A stretch of 64,000 nt of DNA, taken from contig NW_019028989.1 of NCBI RefSeq assembly GCF_002105155.1, forward strand, positions 62,001-126,000, written 5' to 3'. The translations under genes and the position numbers were made by a program. Every line of letters starts with the position of its first letter. Positions within the stretch are counted from its first letter, which is position 1. This document shows, piece after piece, positions 41,142 through 53,652 of the stretch. Source of the stretch: Lobosporangium transversale. Its lineage: Eukaryota. The notes below the pieces were generated by a model. The model had not been told where the DNA came from. It searched no databases and was given only the letters and a program-made list of their open reading frames with translations.

Positions 41142-43441
41142 CAAAGCTCATTTCGTTCATTTGATTACCTTGATAGGGAACGTAGACCAGATCTGGCCAC
41201 CAGGCGCTGCAATATCTGGCTTAGAATTTAATTCTGCATCAGGACCCATAGACGAAAAAGGAGACAGGAACCCACCATTGGGACTGTAAACTTTCTTTGG
41301 GCCATTACCAGCTGTCAATTTAATACCCTCAACTTCTTTTTTCTGTTCCTTGATCATCTCCAAAAGATATTCACCATCACTCAAAGTGATTGTGCTGACT
41401 GGAATCCTAGCTCCTCCTGTATCAGCCGCAAAACCATCAGATGGTACATTGTCCATGATGATCACTGCACTCGCATTGGCTAAAGCTGCGTTTGCAACCT
41501 TTTGTTTAAAGACACAATCCCCACGACGGATCAATGCAATTTTTCCTCTTAGGTCCTTCTTGATGGCTGAACATGCATCAGACTTGACCTTTCCGGATGT
41601 TCCAGGTGCAATTTGGACTAGCGTTACATTTTTGAAATCTATGTGGACATCTCCAACATACAGGATTGGACGCGATTCACCATCATTTTGTTCACCTTGT
41701 CCACCTTTTTTTGTTTTCCCTTCACCTTTTTTAGCAGGAATAAGGCTAACTGTGAAGTAGTTGCTGCTCCGAAACTCGTTTTCAGTAGAGGCAACTGTAA
41801 TCACAGAGGCAGCAACGCCTGGTGAGGATGATTCAAACAGCCCCATACGACCTTCATTGCCCATCGCTGCAACAATGATAGTACCGTTTCTAGCTAACAT
41901 GTCTGCTAGTCGAGCCTCACGATCTTGACTCCAGCCACCAGGCCCCCCAAGAGAGAGATTGATGATCTGCATACCGTCTGCAGCGGCACGAAGGAGCGCC
42001 TTCATAATCAAGTCATTGCTTGTGCCTCCTTTACAGCTGAAAACCCTGTACACGCCCAACGTAGCTGTAAGCGAAATTGTCGTTAAAGTTATTAAAGTCA
42101 GCATCAAGCAGCAATAACTAAGAGAAAAAAATCAATGGGATGAAGACATTTTTACACACATATATATTACCTTGGGGTGCTACTCCAATAAAATCAGTAT
42201 GATTGGCAGCGATAATACCGGCAACGTGGGTACCGTGACCGTCACAGTCCGTCATAGGGTCATTATCTGGACTCATCCCGTCATCTCCAACAAAGTCTAC
42301 GCCATAAGCAACCTTACACCCTGGTCCGAAGCATCCTCCTAGCGCTGGATGCTATTACAATAATGATTATTAATTTCTTGAGACAGTTTTTTTTCCGGGT
42401 TTTAAACAATGTTCAAATATTAATCAAGATTAGAATATCAGCCAAACGTACATGATAGTCAACACCAGAGTCGATGATTCCAATCTTGATACCCTTTCCA
42501 AACAACTTGAGAGAATCATGGACCGCCTTCACTCCCGTTAAATCATGTCTATAATGTAGTAAAAACATGTAAAAACATGTAAAACCAAGCAAACAAAAAA
42601 AAATAAAAATAAAAATAAAAAAAGTTTTCGATAGTAAAATTTGTTCAGAAGGGTGTATTTACTAATAAACTCATATATTATTATGAACAGTGACGTCCCT
42701 ACGTTTTAACCCAACTTACGCTTCATGCTCTTTAACTTTGCCAAATTCACGAATGGGTGACTTGATGTAATCTGGGCGATCATGAATGATCTATATAGGA
42801 CCACATTAAATATATTTTATTGGAAAAAAAAAAAAAAAAAAAAAAAAAAAAACGTAGAGTTTTTATTTTTCATATTCATTATTTGTAGTAGTAAATCGAC
42901 GTTAGTGGCAAAGCATTAGAGAAGACACCGTAAAGCGAGCGTTCCAGATTTTGCTTTCCCTAATAAGAAGCAAGAACAAACAATCAAACAAAAACAAACA
43001 AACAAACGAGCAAAAAAGAATGCTTACAACTGGCTCCACAAGTTTGATTCCTGGGATTTGATCCAAAATCTCCTTCAAGACGCTCTCATCCCGGACAGAT
43101 ACGGAGACCGCGTTCAGAGCATCCCAAAACTCATACCTTAAAGTAATTCCTGGATGTTGCTTCACCATTTCGGAAAATTGAGAGTGCTGATCGAATCGAT
43201 CATGAAAATCAATCCAATAAGCATTCTCAATAGCATTTTCGACCGTACCCGAGGATCGGATGACGGGCTCCTGATACTGTGGATGGTGGTGTTTATAACC
43301 CCCGATAGTGCTACCTCTATCAGAAATTATTTTGATGTGGTCAAGGACATTTGAGAATCGTTGAGCAGTGGTGAGCGATGGGAGATAGTAAGGAAGTAAG
43401 ATTGCTGCTGCTATGGAGAGGATATAATTAGAGGGTTTCAT
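39860..43441 (-). CDS. Secreted subtilisin-like S8 serine peptidase with PA and C-terminal Fn3-like domains, multi-exon
   Basis: Signal peptide [16 protein letters not shown]; catalytic triad [25 protein letters not shown] domain [10 protein letters not shown]. Confidence 0.95.
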
Positions 43442-43475
43442 CGCGCATGTGGCGACTGAAAGGACAGGATTAAGG

Positions 43476-43506
<31 letters not shown>

Positions 43507-44079
43507 CGATTTCTACGTTATACAAGAGTCAATAGACGGTTAAGAAGGAGAAAGAAGTGAACAAAAACCCCCTGATAGAGTTGTATGGAACAAGCAATAT
43601 ATAGCCATCCCTTCGTGAGGTAGTGGGTAATACAAGAGAAGGACTCAATTCACCAAACAAGCCCGATAAGAGCCCTGTGATCCCATTCGTTGCCGCTGTT
43701 TTTTTGACCGACGTATTTCCAACGGTCACTTGTAAAGGACATTTTTATCGGGATGAACACGAACCCTTCGAATTGAAATGATGGTGAGATTGATGCAAGC
43801 GTTCCATATTCTAACCTGTGCTCTTTTCTATTTCTTAACTCTTTTTATTTTTTTTTGTTTTTGTTTTACTTCTTAACCATACTATCCAGTAATAACGACA
43901 TCGAGTATCACTTCTAGCCTAGTGATAATGGAAACTTCAAGGGGTACTATTTATTTAATTTCAGCAATCGTGTTGTGTAAAGCAGGGTCCACCCTTTTTT
44001 TATTTTAACTGTAGGCGGTACGTTATTAGGGTCTTTGGAAGATATAAAGCAATATATCGTGATGTTCTTCTTCCTTCCT

Positions 44080-46128
44080 TTAAAAATCATATTCCGACAT
44101 TGGTGGAAACATCAAAGGCACCAGTGTCTTCATGAACACCATGCTTGGTTCATCTACGTCAAAGTCCGAATCTACCAGCACTGCACCTATCAACGCTTCC
44201 ATTGTATCTGTAAACAACTTTGGAAACTTCATATTTCTCGAGTTCAAGTATACATCGCCTTTGGCCCCGATCAGCTCATTAATACGCGTAATCTCAGAGT
44301 CAACAATGGTTCTCTTTGAATCTTTGATAAACTTGTAAAGCTCAAGTCGATAGAATAATCTTCCAGCAATGTTACTTGTGATCATTTCATTTATCTTATT
44401 GCTGACCCGTCCCTGATCCTCCTCATCCATACATCGCATCCAATATAGGGTCACGAACAAACTCATCGCCGCGTTGCCTAAATACCCAAAGCGATCGAAA
44501 CTAATTGACGTGGGTGTGAAGACGTTTTGGAGGATTAACTTGTTTTTAAAGGTATAGCCGATGATAGTCTCGATGTCCTTTATATCCTGATCGTCTAAAG
44601 TCATCAATGGCGCCGATAGCTTGAGGGAGTGTGGGAAATGGGACATGGAATTTTTCGCAAAGGCTTTGCTTAAATCCTTCCATTGAATGATCTCTGGAAA
44701 AACATCATCTCCAATCAAGTCTTTCGCTATCCACAAGGCAAAATCGAGACCCCCTACAAATAAAGCCTCAGCTAAGGTTTGCGCAAAAAAACGCTCTACT
44801 CGAATACCCGAGTTCAAGAATGCTAGGCCAGAGATATCTTTGAACCGATCGACTAAAGCCTCAGACCTGAGATAATTCTCTCGTCGCTTAAGCAATAAAC
44901 TTCTTTTATTGTCAGGCGTAACAACAAAGCCCTCAACTGCCAGCAAGAACCTTAATGTTGATAACCCACAGACATTACGGGCCCGGGGGGAAACCCTGGC
45001 AACAACCGTTTGCCTCAATGACATTCCACGGACTAGGTCAAGTTTCATGCACAGAAGTAGTATGGCGTGACAAATTGCCAAGCCCTGCTCTTTGAATATG
45101 TCTGATACAACTTTGACAGAATCTGTTTGCAATCGCATATGCATCTCACATGTAAAGGCGGGTACGTCGCGAACGAGCGATTCCTTGACTTTAAAATAAA
45201 ATGGATTGGGTGGGAGAGAATGTGAATCCATGAATAAGAGGAGGAAGCTTCTTGCTTGTAGAAACAAAAGAAAAGCATTGACCCCGTGGACATCAATTGT
45301 AATTGCCAACAGTCTCATGGTTGCTTCGATCTCCTCTGACATTTCAGAGCCATTGTTCATGATGATACTTTTTGCTGCGTCCCTATGATGTTCCAAGCCA
45401 GAACCATCTTTGCCTTTGTGAGGCGTCTGTATATCCATTTTTACAGAAGTTGGTTGCAAGTTATCGTCAAGTGCACCGAGTTCGTACAATCGTTTGCAGA
45501 CTTTAACTGCAAGAAGAAGTTTGCCCAAGGGCTTAGTACGATGTGGGCCTGACCAAAGGCTCTGAAAAGGTGCTCCAGCAGGAAGATGTACCTGTACTAT
45601 CCATGCGTTGGCTTCGTCGGGGGCCGGGGAAAAGTTGAAATGAGGCTCGGTGACCGTTGACTGTGGAGCTGAAGTAGGAGTGGTTAAAGAAGCAGAAAGT
45701 ACAGAAGAATTGGCTAGAAATGAGTAGTATCTCTTCAGGACAGCCAATCCGGTATACAATGTCAAGCGAGCACCAGTGCTGGGAACAACGAATGAATCGT
45801 CAATATAATCGGCAGTGGTGGGATTAGCAGAGGCATTATTCAAGGAATAGATTGCAGTGTCTGTTTCATTATTCGACGATGAGGAAGTGGAGCCAGTATT
45901 GAAAGTTGCCATGCTTGCTTCAGTAATATCAGTAGCGGCATCGACACTTGTGCGTGTCTTCTTGTAATAATCAGCAAAATGTTGATGTTCAATCATTCTT
46001 TTCTGCGACATTACTTCAAGGAAGAACAAGCCCAAACAAAACAACTCTCTGCATAATATTATGAACGCACGTGGACTGGAATAATCTTTTATTTGAATAA
46101 ACATTTGACACAAAATATTTTTACCCAT
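44080..46128 (-). CDS. Dicer-derived protein: DUF283 dsRNA-binding fold plus degenerate RNase III domains
   Basis: DUF283: VVPSTGARLT...VHLP...KLLLAVKVCKRLYELGALDDNLQP. RNase IIIb-like: IETIIGYTFKNKLIL...DRFGYLGNA...PKLFTDTMEALIGAVLVDSDFD. Confidence 0.85.
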   Translation of the reverse strand: MGKNILCQMFIQIKDYSSPRAFIILCRELFCLGLFFLEVMSQKRMIEHQHFADYYKKTRTSVDAATDITEASMATFNTGSTSSSSNNETDTAIYSLNNASANPTTADYIDDSFVVPSTGARLTLYTGLAVLKRYYSFLANSSVLSASLTTPTSAPQSTVTEPHFNFSPAPDEANAWIVQVHLPAGAPFQSLWSGPHRTKPLGKLLLAVKVCKRLYELGALDDNLQPTSVKMDIQTPHKGKDGSGLEHHRDAAKSIIMNNGSEMSEEIEATMRLLAITIDVHGVNAFLLFLQARSFLLLFMDSHSLPPNPFYFKVKESLVRDVPAFTCEMHMRLQTDSVKVVSDIFKEQGLAICHAILLLCMKLDLVRGMSLRQTVVARVSPRARNVCGLSTLRFLLAVEGFVVTPDNKRSLLLKRRENYLRSEALVDRFKDISGLAFLNSGIRVERFFAQTLAEALFVGGLDFALWIAKDLIGDDVFPEIIQWKDLSKAFAKNSMSHFPHSLKLSAPLMTLDDQDIKDIETIIGYTFKNKLILQNVFTPTSISFDRFGYLGNAAMSLFVTLYWMRCMDEEDQGRVSNKINEMITSNIAGRLFYRLELYKFIKDSKRTIVDSEITRINELIGAKGDVYLNSRNMKFPKLFTDTMEALIGAVLVDSDFDVDEPSMVFMKTLVPLMFPPMSEYDF

Positions 46129-46269
46129 CTAAAAGTGGAGACGGGCGTTAGACCGACGAGCCCATATAAGATGAAGGAAAGCTGTGTAGCTTGGCGATAT
46201 CCATGCCACTTATAGGTGATAAAGCAATGTTTTTAATTCTTGCGATAGGAAGTCATTGACTGTGGAGCA

Positions 46270-47977
46270 TTAACTAATGCCTTTAGTTGATAGCTCCATA
46301 AAGATTGCCAAGGCTTGATGGGAGGGGTCCTCTAATGCTGTCCCGGTGACTGACTTGCTTGTCGCCTGCCAGCATTTGAGAATGAACTCGAACGGTGATA
46401 ACGTAGTACCATCTCTTGAGTCCTCAAGTTGAGAAAGTACAACCCCATCGCTTGTTTGTGGCGTCGATTCAGACATAGGATGGGTGGCATCATTGGTACC
46501 ACCATGAATCTTTTCTCGAACTTGGTATCGAGCAGACACAAGCGACTCGACTGAAAAGATGTCAACAATGCAAGTAAGAAAATAATGTACAATGTCTGCT
46601 CGAACAATGTATCCAACTGATTCTTTATCAAGATCCAACAGTGCAGTCTTCTCAGGGTCACAATCCGGCCATTCTCCAGGGATGAGTGTTTCCGGATCGC
46701 ACTGTGACACTTTTTCAGCAAAAATTAACAATGACAGAGCACAGTCTGTTTCAGGAGCCGTTCTCACATCTAGTATAAGCATTGAGGAGATTATTACTCG
46801 TTAGGCTACCTTTCTTGTATCCTCTGGTTATTGGAAAGTCAGATGCTGATCAATCCCTATACAAGACCATACCATTCTCTTGTAGAGTACTATAATGGAT
46901 AGCTTTCACAATGCTCTCCCAAGCTCTCGTACACCGCTGCGTAATTAGAGGTAGTCCTGTCAGTTCAAGTTCCAACCAGTCTTCATTTGCCGCTTTCTGA
47001 ATCTTGTGTTGTAGCGCAATGGTTCTGTAAACGCATTCTAAACAGTTATCCAGTAACTCTGTACGCACCCAAGATGCTTCTGTGAAGCCCAGGCCCGAAA
47101 ACGTGATAGTACCAGGTACTATACTTTGACGTTCCTCCACAAGGTCTATTAAAGAGTGGAATACACTGTTAACCATCAACGAAATAGATAGTTCTTTTGG
47201 AGCTTGAATATTACAATGGCAAATGTCAACACCATACATTGACCACCAGAATTGGAGATTAATGCCACAATAAGCTTAAGGGCCAGATCACGGATATTCT
47301 CAGAGTCATCCTCGATTGCAAGCCTCAATTGAGGAAAGAGGGCTTGATTTGCGTGCTATACGAAGTACAAAGCAAGGAAAGTCCGTTAGAGATTGAATTT
47401 TTTTGACCTCAGGTTAATGATACTGAGATTCTCAAAGCATATCACCATACCTTCGGCAGCTTGGAGCCAAGGGCATAAATAAGCGAAACCCAGGAGCTAG
47501 CGCACGTTACTCGGACGCGATTGTTTTTTTCGTTCAAAAAGCTGACATGAGGAGGAGTAATAATGGTGGATATTAGTTTTCAAATAAGCTTTTTTTTTTT
47601 TTTTTTTTTTTTTTGAAGCAAAGATGTCAAGTGAGTGAAAAAACTGTGAACAAACTTACCAATCTGTGAGTGGGACGAGTATTAATTTAAGGATCTTCTC
47701 ATCCCTGATATGCCCATCGATAGCAAAGCTATAGATGAGCCGACTACAAAAAGTCCATAGAATACAAGCATAACATTGCATCAGATGCTTCTGAAGTTAA
47801 TACAACGCTAACTTGGATAAATAAATAAAAAAATAAAAAATAAAAATAAAAAGAATTCATGAGGTTCATCTTACGTCCATGCTTGGAATGCAGCCACCTT
47901 AATATTGGTCTTCGTGGGCGATGTTGAGTTGAAACATTTCTATGAGTGATAAATACGTCGAGATCAAAGAATTGTAT

Positions 47978-48022
<45 letters not shown>

Positions 48023-49475
48023 AAGAAAGAAAGAAATAAAGAAAGAGTCAGTATCATTCAGCAATGCGCCAATGCGGAGCGCCAGCTCTATTGATTAAAT
48101 TACCTCTGCCATCTTAAGCATGGAGCTAAGCGCGGAGCTTTTTCTTAGATCCTTTCCTAATAATGTGACCAGGGCTCCCCATACAGTGATAGCATAGACC
48201 TCTAGGGTTATAGGAGAAGTACCCAAATGTTATTCAAACAAGATTCATTGAAAAAAAAAAAAATAAAAAAAATAAAAAGATAAAAAAAAGGGCCCTAGTC
48301 TTACCATTATTATCATTCAGGAACCGTTCTGCCAAAATCTCAAGGAATTCTGTGCCAAAGTCCTTCATGAACGCTTTAGCTGCCTGTATCCGCTTCGCGT
48401 ATTCTTTTTCAATCAATTTGGGGATTGCCATCGTCAGCAGCCCCAGCGCCTTTGACCGAATGCAAGGAATGACCGATATTACTTTCATTAGCACGGGGAA
48501 GAGCCATGCTTGGACTGTCGCTACAATTTTGTACGGATACTGTGCAAACACAGAACATAGGCCCCCCAAGCACTCGCAGGTGATGCTCGGTGATTCAAAG
48601 CGGGGATTCAGGTTGCTCAAGAAAGTTTGAATCATTCGTGGGAGGAAAGGAAGCAATAAGCTTGAGGGGGCCCCGGTGGATGCAAGGGTACAGATAGCCA
48701 AACAACAGGTTTGCTCCTCGCTCGTCACGTTGATCAGATGTAAGATCTGTGTAAGCAGGGACTCGGTTTCCCCCTGAGTAAACGTGGCAGCGACCAAGTG
48801 GTCGGAAAGGAAATAGTCCATGCACCTGAGTGCTGCCTGGACTAGACTTGGAGGATTGCTCAAATCCATATCCCTCATGAAATGCCTTGCGAATGCTCGC
48901 ATAGAATCTGCGGCTTCGCTTAGGTACAAAGGGATTTTATTATTCTGATTGGAGTCGGCTCGCAACTTCAGGTAAGCTGACGAGCGTACCTGAGCGTCCC
49001 CGGACTCCAACGACACAAGGGCTGCCTCCACGCAGATGCCATCCTCCGAATGGTTGCCGCGCGTTGGAGCTGGCGCTTTGAGGACACCTTTCAATTTGTT
49101 GGCCTGCGCTGTTCTTGGGCTCGACAGCTGAGGCTCCTGTTTCTCAAGAGAGAATGTGACGCCTCTCTTGGGAGCGGCTTCTTCAGCTGCAACCTGGGCG
49201 TCGTAGGCTGGTCCCGTCGCCACCTCTGTGGAGACTACATCAGCCACCGATAGCCGACGGCTCTTGGAAGAGGATGTCTGCTCTGGCATCGTGCTTTCAA
49301 GCTTCCTCTTTCTGCTCGTAGATGGGTCCAGCTGTGTGGATGAATCTGAATCCACTGTCGCTCCTTCATTTTCTCCAGTATTATCAGTCGCCGCTAGCCG
49401 CCGGCTCTTGGATGCGGAGGCTTGTTCCAACATCGTGCTCTCCGACTTTCTTTTCATACTTGTGGATGTATTCAT
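46270..49475 (-). CDS. Rif1-like protein (PP1-docking motifs plus Rif1_N HEAT region), C-terminally truncated, about 8 exons
   Basis: KRGVTF (RVxF) and KGVLK (SILK-like) motifs. Spliced exons read VWGALVTLLGKDL, KCFNS...KVAAFQAWTRLIYSF and KILKLILVPL, as in Rif1_N. Confidence 0.8.
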
Positions 49476-51200
49476 GGTATTTGGGGTGTATACGTGTTTG
49501 AAGGAAAAGAAAAAATGTGTAAAAGTTGCTTAGAGTTTAAAAGGAAAAAGCTTATGAGAAAGGAATTGAGTGAGAGGAAAGAAAAGAGAAGAAAAGTGCG
49601 TTACAGAGACTTTGGACGGTATATTTATACCCAAAAGAAGGAAGAGAGTGAAGCCTATGAAGCCACCGAGTACCTTGGTCTTTGTACGTTCAGTAAAGAG
49701 TTTATTTCCTAAACAGTGGCAAAAAAAGTCTAAAATCAACACCCGAGTACCTTGATGCTTTTTGAAAGGAAAGGGATGAGGATTACTGATAAGGGAAAAC
49801 AGCGTAATGCATCATCCATCCATCTGTGACATATTCAAAAAGAAGAAGAATAAATGTTCACCAGCATGAAGCTTGACCAGCTTCTGATGCACAGCAGGAG
49901 AGTAAATCAACCAAAGTTTATGTTGTATCTTCAGAATGACACTTTCAAAACCAAAGACCGTCTGTGTACACTTCTTGCTTTTTCTGGCCATTTTGGGACG
50001 GTGATATCATCAATAAAAAGAAAAATATATAACAACTTGATACAATTTTATGTATTAAAATATTATAGTATTAAATAGAATATAATATCTGTTTAATCAC
50101 TAACGCTTTATCTTTACATTTGTTACCCAATCACTCGCTCGATAAGTGATCCCAAGTTCTTTCTCCAAAGTAGAAATGTAAGCAAAAAAAATAAATAAAG
50201 GGAACTCTATACATTAGAATAAGTAAGGATTCAAATCAAGAGATGTCGCCCACTGTCACTTGGGCGACTATGATTGGTGAGTTTGACTCCGCAAATGTGA
50301 AACAAACATTAACTGATCTTTCAACGCGTCTGCTTTATTTGAAAGCGACAAGACGTGCCATAATCGACATCAACCACGAGCTGCGAACATGTGACGACCC
50401 TGATAATAGCCGCGTAAACGCTTTTTTTTTTTTTTTTTTTTTTTTTTCATTTATTTATTTATTGTTGTTATTTCTTAAAATAAAAGGAATAAATCAAATC
50501 CTCGATTCAACGAATGAGGGCGGAAATGGACAACATGCTCTGGCACATATTGAGTATACTCAAGTAATCATTAAGCGCTAATTCTATGTCCACATTTTAA
50601 GTATTTAATAGTCTTGGCCTCAATATCATTTATGTCTATGATTTTATTAAAGAGAAAATAGAATAACGTTATACGATCAGACACTATTCAGCACTTGTTT
50701 AGTCTGGCGAGAATTATCAAGCAGGTTTACTAAAAAAAAAAAAATAATAATGCAGAAAAGAAAAAAAGAACTGCCCAATCAAAATGCCAATCCTGCAAAG
50801 GAATCATGCAAAGAAATTATGCGCTTTGCTGGACCTCACTACCCATCGTCGAGACAAGGTCTGCTGACGAAAGTCTACCGCTTGTGGACTTTTGTATATG
50901 GGCCTCATTCACTTTTCTCCACTTTAAATCAGATACAGCACATCCCCTCTACTCACCACTCAAGTATATGGAGACTAAAGCTCTTTTTCTTTTTTCTCTT
51001 CCCATGAAATTAAAGAATATGATGATATCACTCTTATTCGAGATTTATTGTTGATGTTTTGCCACCAAACTTTATTTTTTCCTATGGGCCAATAGGAGTT
51101 TTCAGACATAAATGACTCCGTTAACGCTTTGATCTCGTATCCTCTCCTCCCCTTTAATTATAAATCTCACCAAACAATAATACAAATCAAAAAAAGCCTA

Positions 51201-53652
51201 TCCCTTATCCTGAAAAAATTAGGGTAAAATTTTACATGTAATTAGTACACAAATTTATTTAAGTTACCTTTTTTTTTTTTTTTTTTTTGGTATGATACTC
51301 CTCAAAGCAATTCTGTCTTGCTTTCAAGCAAAGAAAGACTTTGCATGTAACGCAGCTCCATTCTGTCCGAGAAGTAGTTTTCTTGCCTTCTTTTAAACTC
51401 TTGAGCCTACAATTGGCGCATGTCATCCTGCCTTTATCACCCCCGTTTTCGCTTCCTTCGGCTCTTACTGGGTAATGAAATCCCAGTAGATGTCGGTGGG
51501 GATTTGGAGTAGAATTGTTTTTAGTTATATATTTGCTTTTCGACATCTTGATGGTGATTTCAGGGTATTCCTCAGCTTCTAACTTCCTTTTTGAGTGCCT
51601 TTGCTTGATGACAACTTGGGGCCTGGAGAGTGATAAAAGTTGGTTTACAAGATTCAGACGAAATTGGCGATGTCCGTCTCTTCTCGTCGACTTGTTATTG
51701 GTACACCACAGTATGTATGAATTGATGATACTCGTGTCTAATAGCTACAAGAAGAGCGGCATCCAAGTACGACTGCACCTCATCTGAACAGTGTAGTATT
51801 GACGAAGTTGGTCTGCGATATCAACCCCACCCATATATTTGTTGTAATCATCAATGATGCGAGGGATGGGTAGTTCCTTTGTAAATGAATCACCAAAAAC
51901 TTTTCGTATCTTGGGAGCATTTACTTTGTTTTCTCGCGGCCTTCTTCTGGTCTTGTTTATTAGCCAACTGTCGTCATGAAGGCTATGAATAGTCGTTAAC
52001 ATCGTCACAGGACCATTGTCAACCCAAAGCACAGCCAATACATCCTTTACTATCGCACCTTCTTTCTCATCCCACTCTAGACGTGCTTCTTTGAGATATT
52101 TGAGGGAAGCAGGGAAATATGGTGAGTTGAGACGAACGGTTCCACATGCTCCAATGCCGCGGTTCAACATATTCTTGAAAAGGGGGATGGTTGAGAAATA
52201 GTTGTCCATGTAAACATTGAATTTCAAGTTAGGAAACTTTGGAAGCTGTTCTACGAGGTACATAACTTTTCGTCCTGTGGTAGAGAGGGGTTCATCATCT
52301 TCACGAGATGGCAAAGGATCCCGTAAGAGTTCGACATTGGACTCTACCCGCGACTCAGGTAAAAAAGCGAATGTATAGCCCGCATCGCATAAAGCCAAAA
52401 TCTTGTACCCTTCTGGAACCGGCTTTGATCTTAGTCGAAATGTTTGCTTGCTCCGGCCGGAGAAACGAATGACCATCTCGTCAACCGATACATCTCGTCG
52501 TGGGACATAATAGTGCTTGGAAGCATATTGCACCTGACGAAGGAGAGGCTGAACTTTGTCATAATAGCTAGCCCGAACGTCGTTGGACAAGACATAATGA
52601 GGATTTGAAATGTGCAAGTAGCGTTTTATCTGCTGCACTTCATGAAGAGTCATATATTCGGCTATCGGGTGGTTAGGGGCCATATCGTTATCACGGAGGA
52701 AAAAGTCTTCAATCCTTGTCGAAGGATAGACACCTCGGTACACCAGGAATGCAATGAAGCGAAGCAAAGAGTTTCTTGTCATTGGAGCCCACTCGCGAGA
52801 TCCAACTTCTCCTGCTTGATGAAGCACCGCATAGATATTGGTGTTTTTTGCAATCTCGTCCAAGATATCGTCTGTAAAAAACAACTGAAAGAAGGCGGCT
52901 TCGTCTTGTTCAACATCCATTGATCGAGGGAGTCGATGGACGTATGCAGAATGGCCCATATTCGACAGTGGTTTGTATATTGGAGGCAAGGGTAGCTTCG
53001 CTTGTTTCTCATTACGGACACCTCTAGATCCTCGACTCCTTGGTTTCTCTGCTCTAAAAGAAATTTCGTCTTCATTGAGAGTGTCTTCGACATTATCCTC
53101 CTCCATCTTCAAAATATGAAGGACAAGCACCCTCGAAGTCATCGATTTGAGGCTGATAGTCCTCGTCATGAACAAGATGGTGGAGATCCATTATATGCTG
53201 ACTAATGATAAAAGAAAAAGAATCGAGGGAAATTGACTGTTGAAAACACTTTTCTCCTTTGCAACTACTCCTGTTAAATAGCTATCATAGTGAAGATCAT
53301 GCTGATTAATGAAAAAGAGGCTTCTAGATGATATTTATTAGAGACTTGCTAAGAAAGATTTCATTCAAGTAATTCATGCGGAGTCTTCTGAGGTTTCAAA
53401 TGGAATCATCCCGAATGAATGAAGCTTTCGCACAGCCACAGGCCCTCTAAACCTTAATTGTGACATGGGTAGCCGCAATGGAATGAAAATGTCGAAAGGA
53501 TCATTCACAATGAAATCTAATTTTCAATACATCTTCAGATTCTAGAGATCAAGCTCTTTCAATTTAGCCTAAGAATAGGGAGCTTTAAGTAAAAAAAGAC
53601 ATTTTTTTTTATAAAATTGCAACCAAAAATGGTCGGAATTCAGGATAAGGGA
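51201..53652 (-). mobile_element. piggyBac-family DNA transposon, TIR to TIR (~2.45 kb)
   Basis: Perfect inverted match GCCTATCCCTTATCCTGAA (51196-51214) / TTCAGGATAAGGGATAGGC (53639-53657) enclosing a transposase gene. Confidence 0.92.
51259..53191 (-). pseudogene. piggyBac transposase (DDD) with a premature stop and a probable 5' frameshift
   Basis: SVDEM, MDNYF and GGVDIADQ catalytic motifs. TAG at 51745-51747 lies inside WMPLFL*LLDTSIINSY. An in-frame Cys-rich domain follows (CANC...CVTCKVFLC...CFEEYH). Confidence 0.92.

Noticed and set aside
50243..51054. Short ORFs between the Rif1-like gene and piggyBac
   Set aside because: No recognisable motif and no consistent spliced model; may be a decayed fragment.
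51745..51747. Stop-codon recoding as an explanation for the in-frame TAGs (here and at 2747-2749)
   Set aside because: Both occur in mobile-element relics, and host genes in the window use TAG as a normal stop.
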